Positions 12,208-20,773 of a DNA stretch of 64,000 bases are shown here, piece by piece. Where the stretch lies: positions 26,861 through 90,860 of the forward strand of contig CAIXBQ010000141.1 in the NCBI GenBank assembly GCA_903917705.1, read 5' to 3'. The DNA is from an uncultured Verrucomicrobia subdivision 3 bacterium. GTDB lineage: Bacteria > Verrucomicrobiota > Verrucomicrobiia > Limisphaerales > UBA11358. Every line of letters begins with the position of its first letter. The stretch's first letter is position 1. A model generated the notes under the pieces. The model did not search any database. It was not told where the DNA came from and saw only the letters and a list, made by a program, of their open reading frames with translations. A program made the position numbers and the translations under genes.

Positions 12208-12455
12208 TTAGAGCCTATCCATCAAATATGTAGCGATGCGCTGAGGTCCCCAGCGGACAGCGGTCTTTTTGGTTTTTGGCTTCGTTTCCGCTCAGTTTGA
12301 CTTCCCAAGTCCGGCGAGGATGATGCCCTGATCCGCCGATGCGCTCGCGCGCATTGCAGTCAGGGTTACTGGGAACCGGCGCCTTCCCGGAACCCTCGCC
12401 CAAAAGCAAAAATCCTCGCTGCCCATCGCCACATCTTTCCTGTCAATGCTTTATC
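12208..12455 (+). mobile_element. MITE-like repeat, copy 2 (full-length, with diverged ends)
   Basis: The central core of about 110 bp is nearly identical to copy 3 (GGCTTCGTTTCCGCTCAGTTTGACTTCCCAAGTCCGGCGAGGATGATGCCCTGAT..GCCGATGCGCTCGCGCGCATTGCAGTCAGGGTT). Same orientation as copies 1 and 3. Confidence 0.65.
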
Positions 12456-12487
12456 TCCGGGACAGGCTGAACTATTGTTTGCGGCGC

Positions 12488-12727
12488 ATGCCCGACAAAC
12501 ATTATCGCAGTCTCGTCAAAGCCGTCTCCTGGCGGCTCACCGGCAGTATGGACACCCTGCTCATCTCCTTCCTCATCACCGGGCAATTGCGATGGGCGCT
12601 GACCATCAGCGGCGTGGAATTGTTCACTAAAGTCGGGCTGTATTACGTGCACGAGCGCGTCTGGGAAAATCTGTCATTCGGCCGAGTGAAACAGCCCCCC
12701 AAAGACCGGCCCACCTTCGACATCTGA
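12488..12727 (+). CDS. DUF2061-family small membrane protein
   Basis: RSLVKAVSWRLTGSMDTLLISFLITG...GVELFTKVGLYYVHERVW matches the DUF2061 signature as I remember it. The start was taken at the internal Met (MPDKHYRS). Confidence 0.6.
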   Translation: MPDKHYRSLVKAVSWRLTGSMDTLLISFLITGQLRWALTISGVELFTKVGLYYVHERVWENLSFGRVKQPPKDRPTFDI

Positions 12728-12839
12728 ATCCTTCCGGACTCCTTGCGGAGGGTCACCAGTCCGTGCCGGACGGGCCATCAGGGACTCCGTGGGAGGTGAA
12801 TGGGGCTGCGCATAATCTGACAGCCCTACCTCACCCCGG

Positions 12840-12872
12840 CCCTCTCCCTCCCGCTTTGCGGGCCGGAGAGGG
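12840..12872. repeat. REP-like GC-rich hairpin (CCCTCTCC..CCCGC-TTT-GCGGG..GGAGAGGG)
   Basis: Nested stems seen directly. Related to the hairpin at 8684..8711. Confidence 0.65.
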
Positions 12873-13068
12873 AGAAATTACGTGATCGTCTATACCCCGG
12901 GTGGCGTCGGCCTGACAGCCGACTTACCCGGGGCTACTATCTGGTCGCCCCTCCAGGGCTGCGCGGGCCGGAAGGGGTCCGTGCCGGACGGGCCAAGATT
13001 GCAGACGCGAGAAACACGCGTCAACGGATCAAAGCCGGCGCGGCGGACCGCGGGCGGCGTTAATCCGA

Positions 13069-15930
13069 TTGTCAATTTGGAAGCCGGCCGTTAACCTCGG
13101 GGCCGTGCTTTCCACCCAACAGATGGCGGCGCTGAATGCGGCGAGCTGCGAGGTCGCTTTCGACAACCGGACGCGGCAACTCTATGCGACGGACGCCTCC
13201 ATCTACCAGCTCGTTCCCCTGGCGGTGGCTTTCCCCAAAACTTCCCGCGAGGCAGCCAACCTCATCCAAGCGGCGCTGTCCGCGGGCCTGCCGGTGACGC
13301 CGCGCGGCGCGGGCACGGGCCTGAGCGGCGGCGCGCTGGGCGACGGACTGGTGGTGGATTTCGCCAGGCACAACCGCCAGATCTTCGAGTTCGACCCGGA
13401 GCGCCGCACGGTGCGGGTGGCGGCGGGCGTGGTGCTGGACCAGCTGAACCATTTTTTAAAGCCGGCCGGGTTCCGCTTCGGGCCGGATGTGGCCACGGGC
13501 TCGCGGGCAACGCTGGGCGGGATGATCGCCAACGATTCCTCGGGCTCGCACACGCCGGTCTACGGCTCGACGTCGCAGCATGTGAACGAGCTGGAGATCG
13601 TGATGGCGGACGGCAAGGTGGTGCAGGTGGGGGCGGGCCACGCGACGCTCCAGCGGCAGCGCAACCTGATCGAGGATCTGGTGATGCTGAATTCGCTGCA
13701 GATCGCGGAGCAATTTCCGCCGGGCCTGCTGAAACGCTGGCCGGGGTACGGGCTGGCGCGCGCGCTGGAGCGGCCGGGCAGCATGATCCCGATCCTGTGC
13801 GGGAGCGAAGGGACGCTGGCAGGAATCTTCTCGGCGGAATTGAGCCTCGTACCCCTGCCCCCCGAGCGGGGCATGGCGGTGCTGTGCTTCGCCTCAGTAG
13901 CAGAGGCGCTGCAGGTGGCGCCGACGCTGCTGGACCTGCAGCCGGCGGCGGTGGAGCACGTGGACCGGCTATTGTTCGACCAGACGCGGGGCCAGCGCGA
14001 GTTCCAAGCCGTGCGCGCCCTGCTGGACCTGGACGCGCAGCCGTGCGAGGCGATGCTGATCGTCGAATTTTTCGAGCACGCGAAGGACAAGCTCGCGCAA
14101 CTGCGGCAGCGCAAGCACGGCCTGCGCCAGCTGACGCTGCGCAAGGCAGCGGAGGCGGAGCTGGTGTGGGCGATGCGCAAGGCGGGCCTCTCGCTGCTCA
14201 CCAGCCGGCCGGGCGACGCAAAGCCGGCGTGCTTCATCGAGGACGCGGCGGTGCGGCCGCAGGACCTGCCAGCGTATTATGCAGGGCTGGACGAGCTGAT
14301 GCGGCGGGCGGACGTGGAGGCGTCGTTCTACGGCCACGCGGCGGCGGGCCTGCTGCATGTGCGGCCGGTGCTGGACCTGCATCAGCCGGAGGACTTGAAG
14401 AAGTTCCGGCTGATCGCGGACGAGGTGGCAGCACTGATCCGGCAGTTCAAGGGTTCGCTGGCGGGCGAACACGGCGTGGGCATCGCGCGCACGGAATTCC
14501 TCAAGGCGCAGGTCGGCGAGGAACTGTACCGCCTGATGCGCGAGATCAAGCAGTCATTCGACCCGGGCAACCTGTTCAACCCCGGCAAGATCATCGGCGA
14601 CGGCCGCTACCAGATTGACAAGCAGCTGCGGCAGGGCGCGGAGCCGAAGCCGGCATTGCCCTTCGAACCGAGGCTGGCGTTTGCGAAGCGCGACGAGTCG
14701 TTCATCGCCAACCTGGAACAATGCAACGGCTGCGGCGGCTGCATCAAACAGACGCCCACGATGTGCCCGACGTATCTGGCCACCGGCGAGGAGGGCATGT
14801 CCACGCGCGGCCGCGCCAATCTGATCCGGGCCGCGCTGGAGCAGCGCGAAATCCCCGACCCGCTCCGCGCGGAGGAGCTGGAGTACGCGCTGTCCAACTG
14901 CCTGGGCTGCCGCGCCTGCGTGAGCGAGTGCCCGTCGAACGTGGACCTGCCGCTGCTCAAGGCGGAATTGCTCCACGCCCGCAACCGCGCCCGCAAACGC
15001 CTCACACTGCAGCAGCGGCTGGTCAGCAACGTGGATTTACTGGGCCGAATCGGCTGCGCGCTGCCGTGGCTGGCGAACCGGCTGTTCGATTCGCGGTCGG
15101 TGCGCCACATGTTCGCCCGGATGTCCGGCCTCACCGACCAGCGGGCCATACCGGAGATCGCGCGGCAACGGTTCGACCACTGGTTTGCGCGGCATCAGAA
15201 CGCCACGATGCCGCGGCGCGGGAGCGTGGTCCTGTGGGACGACACGTTCGTGCGCTATCACGAGCCGCACATCGGCAAGGCGGCGGTGGCCGTGCTGGAA
15301 GCCGCGGGCTACGCCGTAACGCTGCCCGCGAAACGGAAATGCTGCGGCCGCCCGGCGTTCAGCGTGGGCAACCTCGACGCGGCGGAGCAGCTGGGCCGCC
15401 ACAACCTCGCGCTGCTGGCCGCCACGGCGGGCAACGCGCCGATCCTCTTCCTCGAGCCGTCCTGCTACTCGATGTTCGTGCAGGATTACCGCGAATTGAA
15501 GCTGCCGGACGCGGAGCGCATCGCCGCACAGTGCGTGCTGTTTGAAAAGTTCATCGCCGACCTGCTCGCCCGCGAGCCGGACGCGATCCGGTTCAAGCCC
15601 GCCGCCGGGCGCATGGTCATCCACGCGCATTGCCACATCAAATCCCTGATGGATCCCGGCTTCATGCAGCAACTGGGCGCGCGGCTGCCGGGCCGCCAGG
15701 CAGCGCTGCTGGACACGGGCTGCTGCGGGATGGCCGGCTCGTTCGGCATGATGGAATCGAAATACGAACTTTCGCTGAAGGTGGCCGAGCCGCTCCTCCA
15801 ACAGATCAAGCAGCAGCCGTACGGCACCACGGTGGTGGTCTCCGGCACGAGCTGCCGGCACCAGGTGAAAGACCTCGCCATGGTCCGCACCTGCCACATG
15901 GCCGAAGTCCTGGCGGACGCGCTGGCATGA
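13069..15930 (+). CDS. dld: FAD-binding oxidase fused to 4Fe-4S and CCG (cysteine-rich) domains; Dld-II-type D-lactate dehydrogenase
   Basis: 953-aa ORF. FAD-binding PCMH-type N-terminus (PRGAGTGLSGGA). 4Fe-4S motifs CNGCGGCIKQTPTMCP and CLGCRACVSECP. C-terminal CCG motifs (KRKCCGRP, DTGCCGMAGSFG). It sits next to lutABC, as in the Shewanella dld-II/lldEFG arrangement. The exact start is uncertain. Confidence 0.75.
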   Translation: MSIWKPAVNLGAVLSTQQMAALNAASCEVAFDNRTRQLYATDASIYQLVPLAVAFPKTSREAANLIQAALSAGLPVTPRGAGTGLSGGALGDGLVVDFARHNRQIFEFDPERRTVRVAAGVVLDQLNHFLKPAGFRFGPDVATGSRATLGGMIANDSSGSHTPVYGSTSQHVNELEIVMADGKVVQVGAGHATLQRQRNLIEDLVMLNSLQIAEQFPPGLLKRWPGYGLARALERPGSMIPILCGSEGTLAGIFSAELSLVPLPPERGMAVLCFASVAEALQVAPTLLDLQPAAVEHVDRLLFDQTRGQREFQAVRALLDLDAQPCEAMLIVEFFEHAKDKLAQLRQRKHGLRQLTLRKAAEAELVWAMRKAGLSLLTSRPGDAKPACFIEDAAVRPQDLPAYYAGLDELMRRADVEASFYGHAAAGLLHVRPVLDLHQPEDLKKFRLIADEVAALIRQFKGSLAGEHGVGIARTEFLKAQVGEELYRLMREIKQSFDPGNLFNPGKIIGDGRYQIDKQLRQGAEPKPALPFEPRLAFAKRDESFIANLEQCNGCGGCIKQTPTMCPTYLATGEEGMSTRGRANLIRAALEQREIPDPLRAEELEYALSNCLGCRACVSECPSNVDLPLLKAELLHARNRARKRLTLQQRLVSNVDLLGRIGCALPWLANRLFDSRSVRHMFARMSGLTDQRAIPEIARQRFDHWFARHQNATMPRRGSVVLWDDTFVRYHEPHIGKAAVAVLEAAGYAVTLPAKRKCCGRPAFSVGNLDAAEQLGRHNLALLAATAGNAPILFLEPSCYSMFVQDYRELKLPDAERIAAQCVLFEKFIADLLAREPDAIRFKPAAGRMVIHAHCHIKSLMDPGFMQQLGARLPGRQAALLDTGCCGMAGSFGMMESKYELSLKVAEPLLQQIKQQPYGTTVVVSGTSCRHQVKDLAMVRTCHMAEVLADALA

Positions 15931-16014
15931 ACCGCCCGGGCGATACTTTTTTAATGACACGACGACCCGCGGCGTCAAGAATACCGGTTTGAATCCGCCG
16001 CCGAATCACAACGC

Positions 16015-16728
16015 ATGACCGTCACCCTTTTCATCCCGTGCTTCGTGGACGCGCTGTATCCGCGCGCGGGCATCAGCATGGTGGAAATCCTCGAACGCCT
16101 GGGCCACACCGTGATCTGCCCGGAGGCAATCGCCTGCTGCGGCCAGCCGCCCTTCAATTCCGGCTACTGGGACGAGGCCCGCACCATCGCCCGGCCGGTG
16201 CTGGAATCATTGAAGGCGGCGGAAGCGGTGGTCATCGGCTCCGGCTCCTGCGGCGCGATGGTGAAGAAGTTTTACCCCGAGCTGTTCGCCAACACGGATC
16301 ACGCCGAACTGGCGAAGCAGGTGTCGGCCCGGACGTGGGAGTTCTCGGATTTCCTGGTCAACAAGCTCGGAGCGACCGACCTCGGGGCGACGTTTCCGCA
16401 CAAGGTCACGTTCCACGACGGCTGCCACGGCCTGCGCGAGCTCGGCATCCAGAAACAACCGCGCGCGCTGCTGGCCAGCGTCCGCGGCCTGGAACTGGTC
16501 GAGATGGGCGAGGTGTCGTGCTGCGGCTTCGGGGGGACGTTCGCCGCGAAGTTTCCGATGATCTCCACCGCGATGGGCGAGGTGAAATGCGCGGCCGCGG
16601 CCGAGACGAACGCGGAATACATCGTCTCCAGCGATTCGAGCTGCCTGATGCACATCCAAGGACTGCTGTCGCGCCAGGGCAAGCCGACCAAAACCATCAG
16701 CCTGGCCGAGGTGCTGAACCACAAATAA
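16015..16728 (+). CDS. lutA: L-lactate dehydrogenase complex, Fe-S oxidoreductase subunit LutA/LldE (CCG domains)
   Basis: MTVTLFIPCFVDALYP...CCGQPPFNSGY...CCGFGGTF. Typical LutA/YkgE protein. Confidence 0.9.
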   Translation: MTVTLFIPCFVDALYPRAGISMVEILERLGHTVICPEAIACCGQPPFNSGYWDEARTIARPVLESLKAAEAVVIGSGSCGAMVKKFYPELFANTDHAELAKQVSARTWEFSDFLVNKLGATDLGATFPHKVTFHDGCHGLRELGIQKQPRALLASVRGLELVEMGEVSCCGFGGTFAAKFPMISTAMGEVKCAAAAETNAEYIVSSDSSCLMHIQGLLSRQGKPTKTISLAEVLNHK

Positions 16729-16775
16729 TTTTTGCCACAGATGGACACAGATGGAACACAGAAGGGCATCAGCGC

Positions 16776-18176
16776 ATGAGCTTTGTCTCCCAATTCAAGG
16801 CGCAGGCCGGCGAGAAGACGCGCGACCTACGGCACCGACAGTTCATCCGCACGGCGCTGCGAGGCTATGAAACCGCCCGCGACAAGCGCAAAGGCGCGTT
16901 CCAAAGCTGGGAGTCGGCGCGGCAAGCCGCCGCCGAGACAAAATGGGAGGCCATCAACCACCTCGACGAACACCTGGTCGCGCTGACCCGCCAACTCGAG
17001 GCGCGCGGGACGAAAGTCCACTGGGCCAGCACCGGCGCGCAAGCCCGCGAAATCATCGCGCAGATCCTCCGCGACAAGCAGGCACGCTGCATCATCAAGT
17101 CCAAGGCGATGACATCGGAGGAGATCCATTTGAACGACGCGCTGGAAAAGGAAGGCTTCACCGTAGTCGAGTCGGACCTGGGCGAATTCATCGTGCAACT
17201 CCGGCACGAGACGCCGTATCACATCGTCTTCCCCTCGATGCACCTGACGCGCGGCGAAATCCGCGAGCTATTCCAGCGCGAACTCGGCGACGCGCCGTCG
17301 GACACCCCCGAAGATCTGACGATGGTGGCGCGCCGCGTGATGCGGCAGAAATACATCACCGCCGACGTGGGGTTCACCGGGGCGAACTTCGCCATCGCCG
17401 AGACCGGCATGATTTCCATCACGGAAAACGAAGGCAACTCGCGCCTCACCGCCGCGCTGCCCAAGACGATGGTCACGCTCATCGGCATCGAGAAGGTGCT
17501 GCCGCGGTTCGCCGACCTGGCGCTGTTCCTGCCGATGCTGGCCACCGCCGGAGCCGGCCAGCCGATGACGTGCTACAACACGATGTACTCCGGCCCGCGC
17601 CAGCCCGGCGAAGCGGACGGCCCGGAAGAATGGCACGTGGTGCTGCTGGACAACCGCCGCACGGAACTCCTGGCCGACACCGAGCAGCGCGACGCCCTGC
17701 ACTGCATCCGCTGCGGCGCGTGCCTGAACGTCTGCCCGATTTTCCGCAATGTCGGCGGCCACACCTACGGCACCACCTACAGCGGGCCGGTCGGCGCGGT
17801 GATCACGCCGCACCTGCGCGGGCTGCAGGAGTGGAAGCATCTTTCCAACGCCTCGTCGCTCTGCGGCGTCTGCACCGAGGCCTGCCCGGTGAAAATTGAC
17901 CTGCACCATCACCTGCTGCAAAACCGGCGGAATGCCTCCGCCAGCCAACCCGCCTTCCTGGAAAAGCTGGCGTACAAGATTTTCGGCATCGTGGCGAACG
18001 AGCCGGCGTTCTGGTCGCTGGCGAAGAAACTTGGCTGGCTCACGCAGCCACTGCACGACGCGGTGAAAGGCTCGGCGCTCGACCCGGCCAGGGCATGGAC
18101 CAAGACGCGCGACCTGCCGCCAATGCCCCGGGAAACATTCAAAGACTGGTGGCGGAAAAGGATGAAGGCAGAATGA
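16776..18176 (+). CDS. lutB: L-lactate dehydrogenase complex, iron-sulfur subunit LutB/LldF
   Basis: Starts at the in-frame ATG MSFVSQFKAQAGEK. Has a LUD domain plus CIRCGACLNVCP and CGVCTEACP ferredoxin motifs. The first 246 codons of listed ORF 16038..18176 are an out-of-frame overlap of lutA. Confidence 0.9.
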   Translation: MSFVSQFKAQAGEKTRDLRHRQFIRTALRGYETARDKRKGAFQSWESARQAAAETKWEAINHLDEHLVALTRQLEARGTKVHWASTGAQAREIIAQILRDKQARCIIKSKAMTSEEIHLNDALEKEGFTVVESDLGEFIVQLRHETPYHIVFPSMHLTRGEIRELFQRELGDAPSDTPEDLTMVARRVMRQKYITADVGFTGANFAIAETGMISITENEGNSRLTAALPKTMVTLIGIEKVLPRFADLALFLPMLATAGAGQPMTCYNTMYSGPRQPGEADGPEEWHVVLLDNRRTELLADTEQRDALHCIRCGACLNVCPIFRNVGGHTYGTTYSGPVGAVITPHLRGLQEWKHLSNASSLCGVCTEACPVKIDLHHHLLQNRRNASASQPAFLEKLAYKIFGIVANEPAFWSLAKKLGWLTQPLHDAVKGSALDPARAWTKTRDLPPMPRETFKDWWRKRMKAE

Positions 18177-18880
18177 AGAAGGCAGAAACAATTTTGAACG
18201 AGCGTGACAATATCCTTGGCCGCATCCGCGAGGCATTGAAAGCGAGCGCCCCCCTGCCCGGCTCGCATGGCGGCAGCCATGAACACACACCAGCCGGACC
18301 GCCCGCCAGCCACGCGCGCGAATGGCTACCAGCCGTCGGTACGAGCGCGGCGGAACAATTTGAATTGTTCGCGAGAAATGCCGCCGACTTGAAGGCGGAT
18401 TTTCAACTGCTGGCCAGCCGCGAGGAATTGAAAGCCGCGCTCATCAAGCTGCGCGACGCCGGGAAATGGCAGCGGATCGCCAGCCACGGCGGCGAACTGA
18501 CCGACTTCGCCGGCAAGTCCCTCGGCCTGCCAGTGACGCTCACCGACCGCGGCTATGACGTGCAGGAAATGGAGCAGTGCGACGCGGGCATCACCGAATG
18601 CGACGCGCTGATCGCCCAGACTGGCAGCGTGGCGGTGACCAGCCGCAGCGCGGGCGGCCGCGCACTGTCGGTGCTGCCGCCGCATCACGTCGTCATCGCG
18701 CGGCGCGACCAACTCGTCGCGGACCTGCCTGCCGCGTTCGCGCGGCTGCAGGAGAAATACGCGCCGGATTTTCCTAGCATGATCTCCTTCATCACCGGCC
18801 CCAGCCGCACCGGCGACATTGAGCGCATCCTGGTTTTGGGGGCGCACGGGCCGAAGAAGCTGACGATTTTGTGTATATAA
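18173..18880 (+). CDS. lutC: Lactate utilization protein LutC/LldG (LUD domain)
   Basis: The start MKKAETILNERDNILGRIREAL overlaps the lutB stop (ATGA). C-terminal motif GPSRTGDIE..LVLGAHGP. Confidence 0.85.
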   Translation: MKKAETILNERDNILGRIREALKASAPLPGSHGGSHEHTPAGPPASHAREWLPAVGTSAAEQFELFARNAADLKADFQLLASREELKAALIKLRDAGKWQRIASHGGELTDFAGKSLGLPVTLTDRGYDVQEMEQCDAGITECDALIAQTGSVAVTSRSAGGRALSVLPPHHVVIARRDQLVADLPAAFARLQEKYAPDFPSMISFITGPSRTGDIERILVLGAHGPKKLTILCI

Positions 18881-19024
18881 TGACAAGACACCGGTTCGAT
18901 CAGCCTTGAAAACTTTTGGGAGGGGAAGAACAGCGACCAGGGCCAGACGAACTTTGGCCACAGCCAGTGGGCGACAAGCCCCAACCAGACAGACAATTTT
19001 CCATCAAACACCGCCCGCTGCCGG

Positions 19025-20773
19025 TCAGTAGGCAAGGTTCTTGTGGTCCTTGCCGTGGCAACTCAAGGTGCAATTGCCATGGTTCATGCCGGTGGAGGAA
19101 TAGTTGATCACGCCATGGAGGGGCTGGACATAGGCAGTGTTAAAATTGATCAAGTGAGGCTGGGTGGCGGCGTGGGAATCATGGCAGGTTGTGCAGGCGG
19201 CCTTATAGTCTTCGATATGCGTCCGATGATTCGGCCAGCTCGTGGCAAGGGAACTGTCCACCACGGAACTGCTGTGGCATTTATAGCACAGAGCGAAATT
19301 CGCGGGATTGTAGGGGCTGCCATCAGTCAGGAGCAACATCCGCTCAAGCAACGGCGCAAAGGCCGACCCGTGCGGGCCATTCGCACCGGCACCGCCGGTG
19401 GCCGACCCCTGATCATTGTTATGACAATCGCCGCAGCCGACCAGGCTGGAAGTCGTCAAGGGCGGGATGAGGCTGGGCACGCCGGCATTTTTGCCGACGC
19501 TTTCCAGCGGATGGAACGAGGTGCTGCCGGGATTAAATTCCAGGCGGGTGTTGGTCTGCACAAACTGGCGCGGGACAAGGGCGGGGCCGCGACCGGCACT
19601 GTCGCCGTGGCAGCGAAAGCATAATTCATATTCGTGAATAACGGCGGGGAGCCGGCCACCACCCGCGCTGACGCCGGCGACGCCGGCCAAGGCGCCGGCG
19701 ACCTGAGTTTTCGCACCGGGAGCGCCACTGGAGGCATGCGGATTATGGCAATCCACGCATGTCACGTGACGAACCGGCGGGTTCACCAAATCCTCGCGCG
19801 CATTATGCGCGTCCGGCTCCATCGAAACAGGATGGGCGCTAAGCTTCTTCAAATCCACCGAAACATTCTTCCCAGGACCATCACCGGCATGACAGTCAAT
19901 ACAGTTTTTTTCCGGGGTGGAAAACCGCATCAACTCGAGTTTGGCGCCGGCGGCATGGGGCACATGGCAACTGGCGCAGGCGGTGTGCGCCACCGAGGCG
20001 GATACGGAAGCCTTGATAAGGTTGCCGTTTTTTGCCGGCCCAACTTGAACCGCGAGAGCCACCGGCAGCAGTTTACTGGAAACCGCATGGGCAGAGCCCG
20101 ACCAGTCGGGCAAGGTGTGACAAGTCAAGCAGAGCGCCGAACCAGTATTATCCCTGACCAGAAAACTTCCGTATTGATTGTTATGCGGGTCATGGCAGGT
20201 GGTGCATTGGAGCTGGCCGTTGCGATCCAAGGCGACTTCAGGCGGGAGGGTTCCGGGATCAACCAAATCGCCGGCGGCGGTGGCAAGGGGCGCATCATAA
20301 GTGAAGGAAACCGGATGATCCGAAGAAAGGTCAGTGCCCAAATTGTCCAGGCCGGCCGGCATGGCGGCGGTGTTCATGGAAATGCCACCCGCGCGGCTCC
20401 CAACCAGCCCCAGGGCAACCGTGCCATCGTGGCAGCTCAAGCAAAGGCGGGACGAACCGTTCGGCTGGCCGATGGTCACGTTCAAAGCCGTCAGCGTAGC
20501 GCTGCTATAGGGCGTGTAAGCCGCCGCGGACATCTGGTGATTCCAAAGCGGGCCGTCGGTGGCAGAGGCCCCGTGCGGCGCATGGCAAAACACACACACG
20601 TCCGACTCCGTGGTCGCGTGAACCGGGCCGGGACTGCTGACCGAAAGATTGTGGCGTGAATAAATGATGCTATTGGGATTGTCGGCAAAGGCGGCAAGAG
20701 CCAGGAAGACCAGACCGACCACCACCGCGGAAAGACGCTGGCGGCCCGAAACAAATTGCGGCGCGCGATTCAT
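19025..20773 (-). CDS. Secreted dodecahaem c-type cytochrome (11 CXXCH plus 1 CX3CH), built from three tetrahaem modules
   Basis: Signal peptide LVFLALAAFA/DN. Motifs CVFCH, CLSCH, CTTCH, CLTCH, CASCH, CIDCH, CVDCH, CFRCH, CGDCH, CYKCH, CTTCH and CTLSCH. The start overlaps the stop of the upstream NHL gene (20770..20773). Confidence 0.85.
   Translation of the reverse strand: MNRAPQFVSGRQRLSAVVVGLVFLALAAFADNPNSIIYSRHNLSVSSPGPVHATTESDVCVFCHAPHGASATDGPLWNHQMSAAAYTPYSSATLTALNVTIGQPNGSSRLCLSCHDGTVALGLVGSRAGGISMNTAAMPAGLDNLGTDLSSDHPVSFTYDAPLATAAGDLVDPGTLPPEVALDRNGQLQCTTCHDPHNNQYGSFLVRDNTGSALCLTCHTLPDWSGSAHAVSSKLLPVALAVQVGPAKNGNLIKASVSASVAHTACASCHVPHAAGAKLELMRFSTPEKNCIDCHAGDGPGKNVSVDLKKLSAHPVSMEPDAHNAREDLVNPPVRHVTCVDCHNPHASSGAPGAKTQVAGALAGVAGVSAGGGRLPAVIHEYELCFRCHGDSAGRGPALVPRQFVQTNTRLEFNPGSTSFHPLESVGKNAGVPSLIPPLTTSSLVGCGDCHNNDQGSATGGAGANGPHGSAFAPLLERMLLLTDGSPYNPANFALCYKCHSSSVVDSSLATSWPNHRTHIEDYKAACTTCHDSHAATQPHLINFNTAYVQPLHGVINYSSTGMNHGNCTLSCHGKDHKNLAY

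Noticed and set aside
9751-12300. 849-aa + strand ORF
   Set aside because: It is antisense to the GH106-like hydrolase. The translation is Arg/Ala/Gly-rich without domain signatures.
13797-14618. 273-aa + ORF and neighbouring Arg/Ala/Gly-rich ORFs inside the dld gene
   Set aside because: These are off-frame readings of the 953-aa FAD/Fe-S dehydrogenase gene, with extreme R/A/G/P composition.
16038-16775. N-terminal 246 codons of the listed 712-aa ORF (16038..18176)
   Set aside because: This part overlaps lutA out of frame and is Arg/Gly/Pro-rich. The LutB homology begins at the in-frame ATG at 16776.
18880-18930. tRNA-like T-loop word GGTTCGATC
   Set aside because: The flanking sequence cannot form acceptor or anticodon stems. 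No tRNA is called anywhere in the window.
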